DNA of 18,127 bases. Origin: Azolla caroliniana. Its lineage: Eukaryota; Plantae; Polypodiophyta. How positions within the stretch are numbered: position 1 is the first letter of the stretch; each line of letters opens with the position of its first letter. The position numbers were made by a program, and so were the translations under genes. Shown one piece after another: positions 1-11,500 of this stretch. The notes below the pieces were generated by a model. The model saw nothing but the letters and a program-made list of their open reading frames with translations, was not told the origin of the DNA and searched no databases. The stretch lies in the NCBI GenBank assembly GCA_043228905.1, contig JBHGNT010000665.1, positions 1-18,127 on the forward strand, written 5' to 3'.

Positions 1-174
1 ACATTCGCATTGAAGGAGAAAAATCAACAGATACAAGAACCCTACTAACTAACATTTTTTTTTCTACTTTGGCATGTAGGGTGGGCGATTGATATAGAAG
101 GAAACTACGACAACTCTATGGGTTTGAACCCTAAATTTGTGCAACACGGAAACTTGAAACACTTGGCCGATAGT

Positions 175-738
175 GACCTTATAATAAATTGGCTACAACT
201 CCTAAACCTCCACGTGCTTTCAGGATGGAAACTAAGGTTGCAACACTTGGAGCTTGATTCTCTAGCTACATTATGTGTAAACACATTAGTGCATCTTGAC
301 TAAATCCATTATCAACATATCCAGAAAGTAGAACATTCCATAACGCATCATGCCGTGCAGAGAGACCCTTGAAGATAATCCATGCTTCGTGGGTTGCACT
401 AACCAAGCTGCTTCCAACAAAATAATATTTTTAATATCCTTTTTGAAGGATTTCAATATGTATTTTTTGTTTTCATTGAGAGCATAAATGCTACTACATG
501 CTTTTAAGGCAACAACATATATGCCACAGTCCACAAGTATATTTTCTAAATACATATTTTCTATGCAATTGCTTACATGTGAGCTATATCCACAATCTAA
601 GAGTCCAATAATTAGTGCATTCCATGAGATGCCATCATGTTTAGACTTATAAAAAACCATACATGCATCTAGAAGATACTCGCATTTGCTATGTACATTT
701 TCTTTTAGTTTTGAGTATCTTGAGATGATGTTATACAT
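175..738 (-). pseudogene. Degenerate PLS-class pentatricopeptide repeat (PPR) gene fragment
   Basis: ORF 286..738 contains KCEYLLDACMVF..DGISWNALIIG..VVALKACSS. A second frame continues with PPR motifs (YFVGSSLV, LWNVLLSGYVDNG..DAL, TLVSILKA) interrupted by stops. Boundaries are approximate. Confidence 0.7.
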
Positions 739-1062
739 GGTTATTAGTCGGAAGATTCATACTATTACGTTCATGCATTTCTATGTACATTATTTGTTAA
801 TTCTAGTTGCATGTTCATTATGTTACATATTGTCATTAGTCATAAGATTCATGATACTACTACATATATGTTTCTATAGTGGTCAACTTTATTTAGGTTG
901 TAATAAACAAGTTTGGATAATATGTTACATTTCAGCTTTTACCAAGAAGGTTGGGCTGACAAGGTGAAGCAAGAAGCTTATTGTTGTTGACATAACAACA
1001 CTTGATTGATCTCATTTGAACACATGTGGGACAATTGTTCAAGAACTCTAGGTGTCCTAGAT

Positions 1063-1080
1063 AGGCATACAATAATATTT
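1063..1080 (+). repeat. LINE target-site duplication, left copy
   Basis: AGGCATACAATAATATTT, identical to 2972-2989. The last T's could belong to the tail. Confidence 0.9.
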
Positions 1081-2971
1081 ATTTATTTATTATTTATTTT
1101 TTCCATAAAGATTTCCTTCATTAGTATTAAGAAAAAACGTCGTAAGGCTACAAACTGTACAATTAGACAGTGTTATATACAAAAAGGATAATCAGGGGAA
1201 GGGCCAGGGATGATGATATTTCCAGATAGGTCCTTGAGAGGAGATCATGAATAGAGGCAACTTCCTCCATAATTGCGCTAATTTTTTCCTTTTCTTAAGA
1301 ACAACCTCCGAAGGGCCCGACATATTGTCATATTGCCCACGCACTACCGCCAATAAGTTGTCCCATAATTCTAGCAATATATATGAGAGAAGGGGAATTA
1401 TAGAATCACATAGTCTTTTACACCGATACTTCCATAAGGTCCATAATGTAACCGTGGATACTATTTTCCATACATGGGCTGCACTGCACGCATTTGCTTT
1501 CGAGGTTGCTGAAAAGGGGAGACAAATATTAGATGCCTGTTGACAACTGACTGTCTTAGCCTCTAGAGCATCATCTGCCTCATACAATAAGAGACTGGAA
1601 TGGAGAATCCCCCATACCGTTGATCCCCAAGAGAATAGGCAACCTACATTAATTGTTAGGAATAAAGAAAGAACTTTATCCCATACCTGTTGGGCTATTG
1701 AACATGACCAGAGAGCATGCTTGGTAGTTTACTGCAAGTCACCACAATAACTACATTGTCTAAGAACGGGTGCCATGTTTCCTTTCAAAGATTGACCTAC
1801 TGGTAGTGTTGCATGTAGTAAAAGCCATTTGAAGAGAGTGTATTTTGTTGGTCCCCTAAAAGACCAAATCCATTTCCAATAAGCCTTCAAGTGATTGCTT
1901 GATACACCCCACTTATTCCAGTGCTTTTGAGCCACAAGAGTTGGAATATTATTAGACATGAGTAAGGTTCTTCCAAATTTCACAGTATACTGAAAGAACG
2001 GAACTTTTTGCATTGGATCCATCATGGGACTAATCCAAGACAATCCCCCTGGGTCCCATATTAGCCTATTAATTGGTTGTCGTGCATATAACCAAAGCAT
2101 ATCCGACAAATGGGCTATTGACGGTTGTGGATCCAAGAGCCATTTCTTACCAGTTTTGGCAATCACCCTAACTGGAACAACAAGCAGGTTTTGCAGCAAA
2201 TTATCAGAGGGTGTATAAGGCTGCAATTTATTATCTTGTTGAATATGGAAATAAAAAATACACCCGTTTGTAGAAATTCCTTTAACAAAGAGCATCATGC
2301 CATTCGTTAGGCAACCAAACCACATATGCTCTTGCATTGGCTGAAGTCATGATGAGGCCTGAGAGAAGGCTGTTGAAATATCCATTGTCATTGTCTTCGC
2401 CCCATATATCGAGTGTAACTGCTTAAGGCGATCCACTTTTGGCATTTGCTGAAAATGAATCCAGGATCCTACTGATGCTGCTGGCCCATTGTGTAATTTT
2501 CCCCATGCAAGACGAGGTCTAAGGCCCAATACATTTCTAGTAGAATCTCGAACAAGATAATTAGCCAAAAGCGGTTGATTCATCCAACCATCCCATGTGT
2601 TAGGCATGTCCTTGCGTAAAAAAATCTCAATTGCATCCCATGCTCTAACAATCCCTAGTAGAAATCTATTGGATGTTAGATTCCGTCTCAGTGTTTGAAT
2701 ATCTGTCAAGAACATCCATTTCAAAGACGGCAACCAGTTTCCTCCTGTCTTGGGAAATAATTGCATCAGCTGATTAAGCAACATACCCTTCCATGCCTCT
2801 GTCCCTGGCAACAATCCTCTGACTACAAACTTTGTCAAGAGAGCTCGAGATTGTATCAAGGGATCTATTAGAGCCAACCCTCCCTGACTTTTTGGTCTAA
2901 TCAAAACATCCCATGCCACCTTGGCCACTGCACAAGATCCATTTTTTCCACCCCAAAGGAAGTTACGTATG
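1081..2971 (-). mobile_element. 5'-truncated L1-type LINE retrotransposon
   Basis: C-terminal ORF2 remnant on the minus strand and a (TAAA)n/A-rich tail (plus-strand TTTA repeats ~1078-1102). Flanked by an exact 18-bp direct repeat, AGGCATACAATAATATTT, at 1063-1080 and 2972-2989. Confidence 0.9.
1192..2970 (-). pseudogene. LINE ORF2 C-terminal part (post-RT region and zf-RVT CCHC zinc finger)
   Basis: ORFs 2347..2928, 1729..2337 and 1192..1587 share one frame, split by premature stops at 2347-2349 and 1729-1731. Motifs: IRNFLWGG..AKVAWDVLIRPKSQGGLALID, FKWLLLHATLP, CSYC..*TTKHALWSC..AQQVW, LWTLWKYRC. Confidence 0.88.
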
Positions 2972-2989
2972 AGGCATACAATAATATTT
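2972..2989 (+). repeat. LINE target-site duplication, right copy
   Basis: Identical to 1063-1080. Confidence 0.9.
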
Positions 2990-3208
2990 CATATATTGGG
3001 ATGGAGTAATGAATGGCATTGTAGATTTTTAAAGCCTATAATAGAGACTAAAGGTATCAAAGTAAAGAAGGGAGAAAAAATAATATGACACTGGTGTTTT
3101 GAAGTATCATATGGGCCTTACCATACAAGTTGTCCGTATCATGTTGAATGACATGAAGGAGGTTTCCATCACTATGTACTGTGTTGTTAGGTGATAATCG
3201 AGGCCACA

Positions 3209-6020
3209 CTATTGAGACCAGTTCCGAGAGCTCACATCCCGAAGTTGATTGAGCTACTCAAGGAAAAGATCAAGATGGGTATCCTCGAGCCATCAAGCTC
3301 CCCATACTCGAATCGGTGGTTCACTGTGCCAAAGAAGAATGGCACATTACGCTTCATCCAAGACCTACAACCTGTTAATCAAGTGACAATTCGAAATGTC
3401 GGGGTCGGACCGATTGACGAATTCGCCGAGGCCTTTGCTGGAAGGTCTATTTATTCGATCGGTGATCTATACTCGGGGTATGATCAATTCCAACTAGCTG
3501 TGGAGAGCATGGACATCACGACGATGCGGACTCCTATCGGCCTAGTGCGAATGTGTACCTTGCCACAAGGAGGCACTAACTCTGTAGCCCACATGGTAAA
3601 TGCAATGAACAAGGTACTGAGAGATTGCATCCCCGACATCACCATGTCGTTCCTCGATGACATCCCCATAAAAGGGTGCTATGAAGCGGAGAAAGATAAA
3701 ACCTTGGACGAGTATGGGTGCAGACGTTTTGTGGCATATCACATCTCCGATTGCGAGAAGGTTCTACAAAGACTCAAAGATGCACGCTTGACCTTCTCGG
3801 GTGAGAAATCGGCATTCGGCCAACCAGAGATCCTTGTGGTGGGACACTTGTGTGGGGCATACGGACGGAAGCCGTCCCCGGCAAAGGTGGACGCCATCAC
3901 AGACATGAGGGAAGAATGTAAATCGCAAACAGAGGTGAGGCGATTTCTTGGTGCTTGTGCATTCTACCACATCTGGATCCCGCACTATGCTCACCTAGCC
4001 GAGCCCTTGTATGGGCTACTTAAGAAGGGGCGGAAGTTCAAGTGGGAGGAAGAGCACACAGAGGCAATGAAGAGAGGAAGAGCACACAGAGGCAATGAAG
4101 AGGCTCAAAGGAATGTTGGTAGCGGCACCAGCTTTACGAAAAGCCGTATACAAGGAAGGGGTGCCCATCTACGTGACGGTAGATACGAGTCCAACAGGGA
4201 TTGGATGGGTCATCAACCAAGAAGGAGAGGATGGTACACGTTATGCCATCCGGTTCGGAGCCAAGGTCTTAAGCAAGCGACAACGAGGATACGCCCAAGT
4301 AAAACGTGAGCTTTGGGGTATTGTGTCCGCAGTGAAGGCGGATAAAGATTACCTAATCGGGTCAGAGGTGGTAATAGAGACGGATTGCCTTCCAATCCTA
4401 GGGATGGTTTCGGGGTGTGCAACACCTGACCTAGCTATGCTAAGATGGATAGCTTACATCAAATCAATGAACCCGGAGATTCACCACATTTCAGGGAAGA
4501 ACAATGTCATGGCAGATATGCTATCGAGGGCAAGGTTCGAAGGCGAAAGCGACATGGTGTCTGAAGATGAGGATGTCGCTCTTGACTTCTTTAAGACAAC
4601 CCAAGCGTCTATAGATGATCAAGATGTGCGAGTACTCCACACCCTCAACGAAAGTGAATACGAAGGGGAGTGGCTACACATTGGCAAGTTCTTAAGCTCA
4701 ATGACAATGGATAGTTCATGGTCGAAGCAGGAAGCACAAAGAGTCCGAAAGAAAGCGTACAAGTACTTCCTACGAGGGGGATTCCTTTGGAGGCACCCGA
4801 AGAGAAGGACGGGGACGCCACAACGAGTGGTCATAAAGGAAGAGGACCAGACAACATTGGTGTCTGAATTCCACGAGAGTCCTTGGGCGGGCCATAGAGG
4901 AACGTGGGCAACATTCGAGAAGTTAAAGGAGAAGTATTGGTGGCCGGGAATGTACAAGGATGTCGCCCATTTCGTGGGGACGTGTGAAAGCTGTCAGATA
5001 CACTCCAACATACGCCATAGGGACGAGTTGCACCCGACCTACCCACTCACCATACACTTCAAATGGATGGTGGATTTGGTTTCGATGCCAATGGGAGTGG
5101 GCCAAATGAAATATTTGGTGCTAGCAAGAGAAGACCTAACAAACCAAGTAGAAGGGCGGGCCTTAACCAACAAAACGACGGCGGGGGTGTGTAAATTCTT
5201 ACTCGAGGATGTCATCTGCCGGTACGGATGTGTGGGAAAGATAGTGGCCGATAGAGGAGAGTTGAACGCTCACGAAGCTACAGAGCTCTTTGACCGACTT
5301 GGAGTGAAGCTCTCTCTCACGACCGCTTATAACCCGGAGGCTAATGGAAAGATAGAACGCGGACACGGGCCTATCGTAAAAGCCATTGTACGAGCTTGTG
5401 ATGGGCGAGTCGAGAATTGGCCTCGGTTACTACCTTATGCCTTGTGGGCCGACAGAACAACTCATAGCTCAGTTACAGGTTTCATGCCAGCTGAACTCAT
5501 GTACGGACAAAAGCCGGTGATGCCCATTGAAGACACGATCGCTTCATGGGTAGCGATGTCGTGGGAAAACGAGATGAGTCGAGAAGAGCTTCTAGCCACA
5601 AGGATAAGGCAACTTGAGAGAAGACCCGAAGACTTGGAGTTAGCAAAGGAGAGGTTAGAAGCGGCTAGGCTAAGTAACAAAGCCCGATTCGACAAGACAC
5701 ACCGACTACGCCCTCGGAAGATCGAAGAAGGAGACTGGGTGATTGTATATGATAGTAGTCTCGACAATCAACATAGGTCGATGCGGAAATTCGCAAAGCG
5801 ATGGTTCGGGCCGTACATGGTAACAAGTGCAAACGATAATGCTACCTACCACCTCGCTGAACTCGATGGGACTAAGCTGGCAGTACCAATAGCCGGGAAG
5901 CGGGTCAAAATCTTCAAAAAGCGACACGACAAGGAGCCAAACCTCGATGACCTTGACGAAGACAAAGGTGAGCAAACAACAAGCCATGGGGTCAATGAGG
6001 AGGAGGAAATGAACTACTGA
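3209..6020 (+). pseudogene. pol: Gypsy pol (RT, RNase H, integrase), frameshifted at 4046-4101
   Basis: RT: SPYSNRWFTVPKKNG.LRFIQDL, DLYSGYDQF, LPQG, FLDD. RNase H: TVDTS..GIG, ELWG, ETDC. Integrase: H..H..CESC zinc finger, VDL / ADRG / NGKIER catalytic core, and WFGPY (GPY/F). No chromodomain. ORFs 3191..4309 and 4095..6020 join if the 28-bp duplication is removed. Confidence 0.93.
4046..4101 (+). repeat. Perfect 28-bp tandem duplication causing the pol frameshift
   Basis: GAGGAAGAGCACACAGAGGCAATGAAGA at 4046-4073 and 4074-4101. Confidence 0.95.
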
Positions 6021-6063
6021 CCACCCTCAGCCCGCCATTCTTGGCACATACCGGAGGATGTGC

Positions 6064-6080
6064 GGTTTGGTGGGGGTGGA
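6064..6080 (+). other. Polypurine tract of the Gypsy element
   Basis: GGTTTGGTGGGGGTGGA immediately before TGTCGTGA, about 45 nt after the pol stop codon. Confidence 0.7.
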
Positions 6081-6880
6081 TGTCGTGATGTGGCGTGCTC
6101 GAGGGTGGGAAAAACCGGCGAAAAGGGGGTCAAAAATGTGCATGTGCAATGTGTGTGCACACAAAAGCAATTAATTGTGCATATGCAAAATAAAAAGGAA
6201 AAGAAAGGGTAAAAGGGAGGTATAGAAGGTCGTGCAAAAAGTAAGAGAGAGGTGAGATAAAGGGTAGAGGGGAGACAAGCTATAAATTTATAGAGATAGA
6301 CTTACATATTATATAAAAAGGAGTTAGTGGGTTAGTGGATAGTCACATTGACTACTAGCTAGAGGTGCACGGTTTAAGTCTAGTCTTATAGTGCAGCGTG
6401 ATTTAAGGAATTTTATTCCTTTTTCATTGAAGACAAATTTGGCGACCCCCCCTTCTTTTTTTCCTATAAAAGGAGGTCGAGGGGGGCTCATTTGGAGGGA
6501 CGTTTTGGGAGGAGGAGACTATCGCCAATTTTCATTCGTAGCTCTTCATCTCCTTATTCACCACTTTTCTTCATCTCATACCCCTTCATCTCCTTGCAAA
6601 GCCGTAAGGCAAACCCTAATTCGTGACCCTAATATACTATGGAGGGATCACACCTGAGCGTAGAACCCGCCGTCATGAGGTGACTGCTAATCACGGGCCT
6701 CTGGTGGTTGCGTAGTTCACGCTTGTAACTGGTGTGACGTTTGCAATCGATATACCATCCACTTGCGGGTGACCGCCAACCACTTGTCGGGGATCAATGT
6801 GTAGCACATTCCTACCTACCTTGGCAACTCACATGCCATGAGTTTTGTGGTTGTTTCAGTTTGGATGCTTCAAGCATTGC

Positions 6881-6940
6881 AAGTTAAGCGTGCTTGAGCC
6901 AGAACAGTACTGGGATGGGTGACCTCCCGGGAAGTCCTGG
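6881..6940 (+). ncRNA. 5S rRNA-derived segment (internal control region: A-box, IE, C-box), not a full 5S gene
   Basis: 6882-6938 (AGTTAAGCGTGCTTGAGCCAGAACAGTACTGGGATGGGTGACCTCCCGGGAAGTCCT) matches plant 5S rRNA nt ~50-106 without gaps, about 51/57 against the angiosperm consensus as I recall it. The 5' ~45 nt of 5S are missing. Confidence 0.88.
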
Positions 6941-7688
6941 TTACATCTACGATAGTAATGGGTTCGGGGGGGCCTATCGCTATCAAGAGTGGACATGCTC
7001 CGTATTCGAACGGGGCGGAGCAACGTCGAGCCCGTTTGCTTGCCGTTCGGGTGGTCGTGGTTCGTTGGGATTGGCATTTTGGTGGTGCTCTTGTGTTCGT
7101 CTTCGTCGTGTTCGGTTTTGCCTTGTCTCTAAGGGCATTTAATATTTATGTTTTGATTGAGCTTGTGGTTAACTATAAGTTGCCATTGTAAAAATAAAAA
7201 ACCCTATTTTATAAAGGGTCCTCTTGCATTAGAATCAAACACGTATTTAACTCTTTGGTCAATATTGTTCGTGTTTCTTTCTCTCCTTCTTTCTTTATTC
7301 GTGTCTTGTGCGTGTCTTCCTCGTATGTTCGACGTCTTGTCACGAGGGAGCGTTCAGGCGCGCCCATGCACCTCTCCTCCTCATAAAACCGTACGAACAT
7401 TCGTGTTTGTGTTATCGTCCCCTTGTGCGTTCATGTTGCGTGCTCATCTTGCTTGTACTCGTTTGGTCACTTGGCTCGTACGGTGATCTCGGAAGGTCGA
7501 CGAGTCGTGATCAACGAGAGCCACCGGCCTCACAAAACAAAAGGGGAACGAGACCTTGCTCGGGAAGGGGTGGGGAAGTAGTATTGTCATAAAGCAAACC
7601 TCGGGTCTTCTCTATCCCTTGAGTACTCCCTAGTCCGAGACCCCCGTGGTCCCGCCCAAGTAACACACGCGCGCGAAACTTCGCCACA

Positions 7689-7757
7689 CCGTCATCGCTC
7701 CGTCGTAGTCTCATCATCCGTGCTTCGTCTTAGTTCACGCTTGGTGTGTCCGTGACA
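7689..7757 (+). repeat. 69-bp direct repeat, copy 1 (LTR terminus)
   Basis: CCGTCATCGCTCCGTCG...GTGTCCGTGACA, 67/69 identical to 14810-14878. Confidence 0.93.
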
Positions 7758-7850
7758 GTTTGTTCACCTTCCAACTAGAAGCATCACCCGTCTCCGTCAT
7801 CACCCCTGCTTCTAGAGTTACCATCGTCACCGTACCATCATCAACATTGT

Positions 7851-8515
7851 TGTTGGGATTACGGTCCCTCCGGATGGGATGGTCGGATGTCCGGGAATCG
7901 GGAATGAAGACCCGAATGAGGAGTACCCGGTATCGGAGCCGGATGTTGAAGACCTGGTTCCGGAGCCGGATGATGAAGACCCGGTTCCGGATCCGGATGA
8001 TGAAGACCCCGGCTACGGAGCCGGATGACGAATGTACCCGGAGAGAGATCCGGATACGGGGACATATTTGTGAATATGTTTGCCAAGGGCCCTTGAGGCT
8101 ATATTTGTAAATAGCCCGAAAGTCATATGTGTATATATATGACTTAGGGCAAACAGTTTTGGGTGTTGTTGCTCATTTTCTGTTTTTCCACTTAGAGGGA
8201 GCGAAGTGAGAGCAGCCGAGAGAGAGAGTGAGAGAGAGAGATAAAGGAAGAGGTAGACGCCTCTGTGTAATACCGCCGCCTGTGACGAGGACAGCGAGCT
8301 CAAGGTCGTCGCCTTGCAGCTCGCCATTGTACATTCCCTGCGTATAGTGATAGTTGGAGTCTTACACTCCCGTGGTTTTTCCCGTCTAGGGTTTTCCACG
8401 CTAAACCTTGTGCATTCGAGTCTCTCTCTGTGTTTTCGATTTACTGCTGCATTGATCCGTGTTTCCTCGGTTGTGGCCGAGAGGTGAAGGTTTTGAAAGC
8501 GTCAATTCTCTAACA
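7851..8515 (+). repeat. Copia 5' LTR (665 bp)
   Basis: TG...CA. About 7 substitutions plus one 27-bp indel relative to 12639-13330. Confidence 0.96.
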
Positions 8516-8518
8516 ATC

Positions 8519-8530
8519 TGGTATCAGAGC
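8519..8530 (+). other. Primer binding site (tRNA-iMet)
   Basis: TGGTATCAGAGC, 3 nt after the 5' LTR. Confidence 0.95.
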
Positions 8531-8546
8531 GACTGCAGTGCAGAAA

Positions 8547-11500
8547 ATGGAAGGCGGGAGCAGCGGGCAGCCGGGGATGATAGTGCTGAATGCGCAGAAC
8601 TACGCCGACTGGAAGATAAAGATGGAGGATCTGCTCATTGTTCGGGACCTGTATGAACCGATCGACAGGTCGGAAATACCCAAGGGGGTACTTGAGACGG
8701 AATGGAGGCTTCTGAACCGGAAAGCCGTTGCAACCATTCGGCAATACGTTGACGTGAGCGTTCTACAACATGTGGCGAACGACACCAACGCATATGAGAT
8801 GTGGCAGAAGCTGTCGGGCCTCTACGAGAGGAAGAATGCGTTGAACCGGACCTCCCTGATGAGGAAGATAGTGAACCTCAAGTACCGGGACGGCGAGAGT
8901 ATGGTGGAACACGTAAGCACGTTCATGGGATTCGTGAACCAGCTTGCGGCGATCAAGTTCCCGTTGGAGGATGCAATGCAAGCCATCATCCTGATGTGTA
9001 CATTGCCGGCAAGCTGGGAGAACTTGGTGGTGACTCTCAGCACCTCCTGCACCGAAGATAACTTGTCTCTACAAACGGTAAAGACAAGCATTTTGAACGA
9101 AGAAGCGCGTCGGAGAGATAAAGAACCGGCCTCCGATCCGAAGATGCTGCTTACCGAATCGGATCGGGGAAGACAACGGAACCGGAGTCCGCAAAGACGG
9201 GAGAAGTCGGGGACCCGGTCGCAATCAAGAGGAAGGCCCACATGCTTCCACTGTGGGAAGCCGGGGCACTTCCGAAAGAATTGTCGGCATTACCGAAAAG
9301 ACAACGGAGCCGACGACACCGATTCGAAGAAGTCTTCGGAACGGAACGGTGCTTACCGGGGAGCCACGGACCGGAATGGTTCGGATCGGCGAGGGCAGGA
9401 CCGGAAAGGAACGACGGCACTCGCGGCAAGTGAAGAGGAGATCATGCTCATCACCGAAGAAGGTGAACTAAACATTGCCGGCGATGAGACTACCTGGGTG
9501 GTCGATTCCGGAGCGTCGTTCCACCTGACCCCGGAAAGAAGATACTTCTCATCCTACACAACCGGTGAGCATGGCTGTGTTCGGATGGGAAATGAAGGTA
9601 CGTGCCGGATTGCCGGCATAGGAGACGTGTGGTTGACAACCTCGACCGGATGCAAAATGTTGCTGAAGGATGTCCGACACGTTCCGGAGGTTCGATTGAA
9701 CCTGATTTCGGCCGGGAGGCTAGACGATGAAGGCTACACAGGTAGCATCCAGAACTGCGTAATGAAGTTCAGCAAGGGGAGCCTGATAGTGGCTCGGGCC
9801 CGGAAAGTCAACACACTGTACCTTATGAATGCCTGGTTGTGTCCGGAGGAGTTGAACGTGGCAGCCGACACTGCCGGTGAGCTGTGGCACAAGAGACTGT
9901 GCCACATGAGTGAGAAGGGGATGAAGAGGCTTGCAGAAGACAACCTTATTCCAGTGAAGCATGTGCACCTGGAGAAGTGCATCGATTGCCTGGCCGGTAA
10001 GCAGAACCGAACCTCCTTCCACTCAAGGCCACCGACGAGACGTAGCGCACCATTGGAGTTGGTGCACACTGACGTGTGTCAAGTAGAAACGAAGTCACAT
10101 GGCGGAGCCCAGTACTTCGTGACATTCATTGATGACCACAGCCGGAAGCTGTGGACGGCACCGTTGAAGACAAAGGACCAAGTGTTGTGCGTCTTCAAAG
10201 AACTCCACGCGAGAGTGGAAAGGGAATCCGGCAAGAAGCTGAAAGCGATACGAGCGGATAACGGAGGGGAATACCGGGGGCAGTTCGAGGAGTACTGTCG
10301 CTCGAAGGGAATCCGGCTCGAGTTTACTGTGCCGAAGACGCCGAATCTGAACGGGCTGGCCGAGAGGATGAACCGGACCATAATGGAGAGGGTCCGGAGT
10401 ATGCTGGCGCATGCGAAATTACCCAAGGGGTTTTGGGCTGAGGCAATGTCGACGGCGACATACGTGATAAACAGATCACCCTCAGTACCTTTGGACGGAG
10501 ACACGCCGCAGAGAGTGTGGACCGGTAGGGAAGTATCCTACCGGCATCTGAAGGTGTTCGGGTGTCTCGCATATGTGCATGTGGCAAAGGACCGGAGAGG
10601 AAAGCTAGATCCAAAGACCCGGCCATGCATATTCCTCGGTTACGGCGATGACGAGTTCGGCTACCGAGTATGGGACCAGGTCGACAAAAAGATATTCCGG
10701 AGTCGTGATATCATCTTCATGGAGGACAAGACACTCGCCGACTGGGAGTCGGAGAAGAAGATGAAGAGCTCCAAGTCGACCGGTGAGGATCAACTCTACG
10801 AGGAGCAGTCCCGACCGGCAAGGGACCGGTTAGCACTCGAGGATCTGGCTGAAGACGGTGAAGAAACAGAACCGGCCGAGGAAGATGAAACTGATACCGG
10901 AACCGGCCCCGATCCCGAAATGGATTCGGATGAAGAGGAAACGGAGGAGCCGGTTACCGAAGCTCCGGAATGGAGATATCCTCTAAGAGAGAGAAGGGCC
11001 CCCCGGAGATTTCCGGAACCAGAGCACGTGCTGCTAACCGACGAAGGGGAGCCGGAGAGTTTTGAAGAAGCAAAGCTTGACACCCATAGCCGCAGGTGGT
11101 TAAGTGCCATGCAGGAGGAGATGGATTCCCTGCATGAGAACCACACATATGAACTTGTGGAGTTGCCAAAAGGAAAGCGGGCACTTCGAAACAAGTGGGT
11201 GTTCAAGCTGAAACCGGGAGATGCCGGAAACCCCCCGAGATACAAAGCCAGGATCGTGGTGAAGGGGTTCCAGCAGAAGAAGGGCGTCGACTTCGACGAG
11301 ATATTTGCCCCGGTAGTGAAGATGACCTCCATCCGGACGGTGCTGAGCATAGCGGCAAGCATGGACCTCGAGGTAGAACAGATGGACGTGAAGACGGCAT
11401 TCCTTCATGGTGACCTCGAAGAAGAGATCTACATGCAGCAACCGGAAGGATTCGAGAAGAAAGGGAAGGAGCACCTGGTATGCCGGTTGAAGAAGAGCCT

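Larger units (their letters stand above)
3209..7757 (+). mobile_element. 5'-truncated Ty3/Gypsy LTR retrotransposon (non-chromovirus): pol + PPT + 3' LTR
   Basis: RT-RNaseH-integrase domain order, purine/G-rich PPT 6064-6080, and LTR TGTC(6081)...GACA(7757). Gag, protease and the 5' LTR are absent. The left boundary is approximate. Confidence 0.85.
6081..7757 (+). repeat. Gypsy 3' LTR (~1677 bp)
   Basis: Starts TGTC right after the PPT and has TATAAAA at 6465-6471. Ends CCGTGACA. The same terminal 69 bp recur at 14810-14878 and stop at the same base. No partner LTR in the window to confirm. Confidence 0.72.

Noticed and set aside
4046-4309. Programmed ribosomal frameshift between the two Gypsy ORFs
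   Set aside because: The overlap is fully explained by the 28-bp duplication, and it falls inside pol rather than at gag/pol.
6724-6945. Nested Cassandra solo LTR bounded by TGTAAC...GTTACA
   Set aside because: The flanks (ACGCT / TCTAC) form no TSD, and the 5S segment would sit at the extreme end. Not excluded, but unsupported.
6833-6950. Functional full-length 5S rRNA gene
   Set aside because: The 5' ~45 nt of 5S are not alignable, there is no downstream oligo-T terminator right after the match, and there is no tandem array.
6081-7757. Hammerhead (retrozyme) or twister ribozyme in the LTR
   Set aside because: I could not find a CTGANGA...GAAA core or a twister consensus by eye. An Infernal scan would be decisive.
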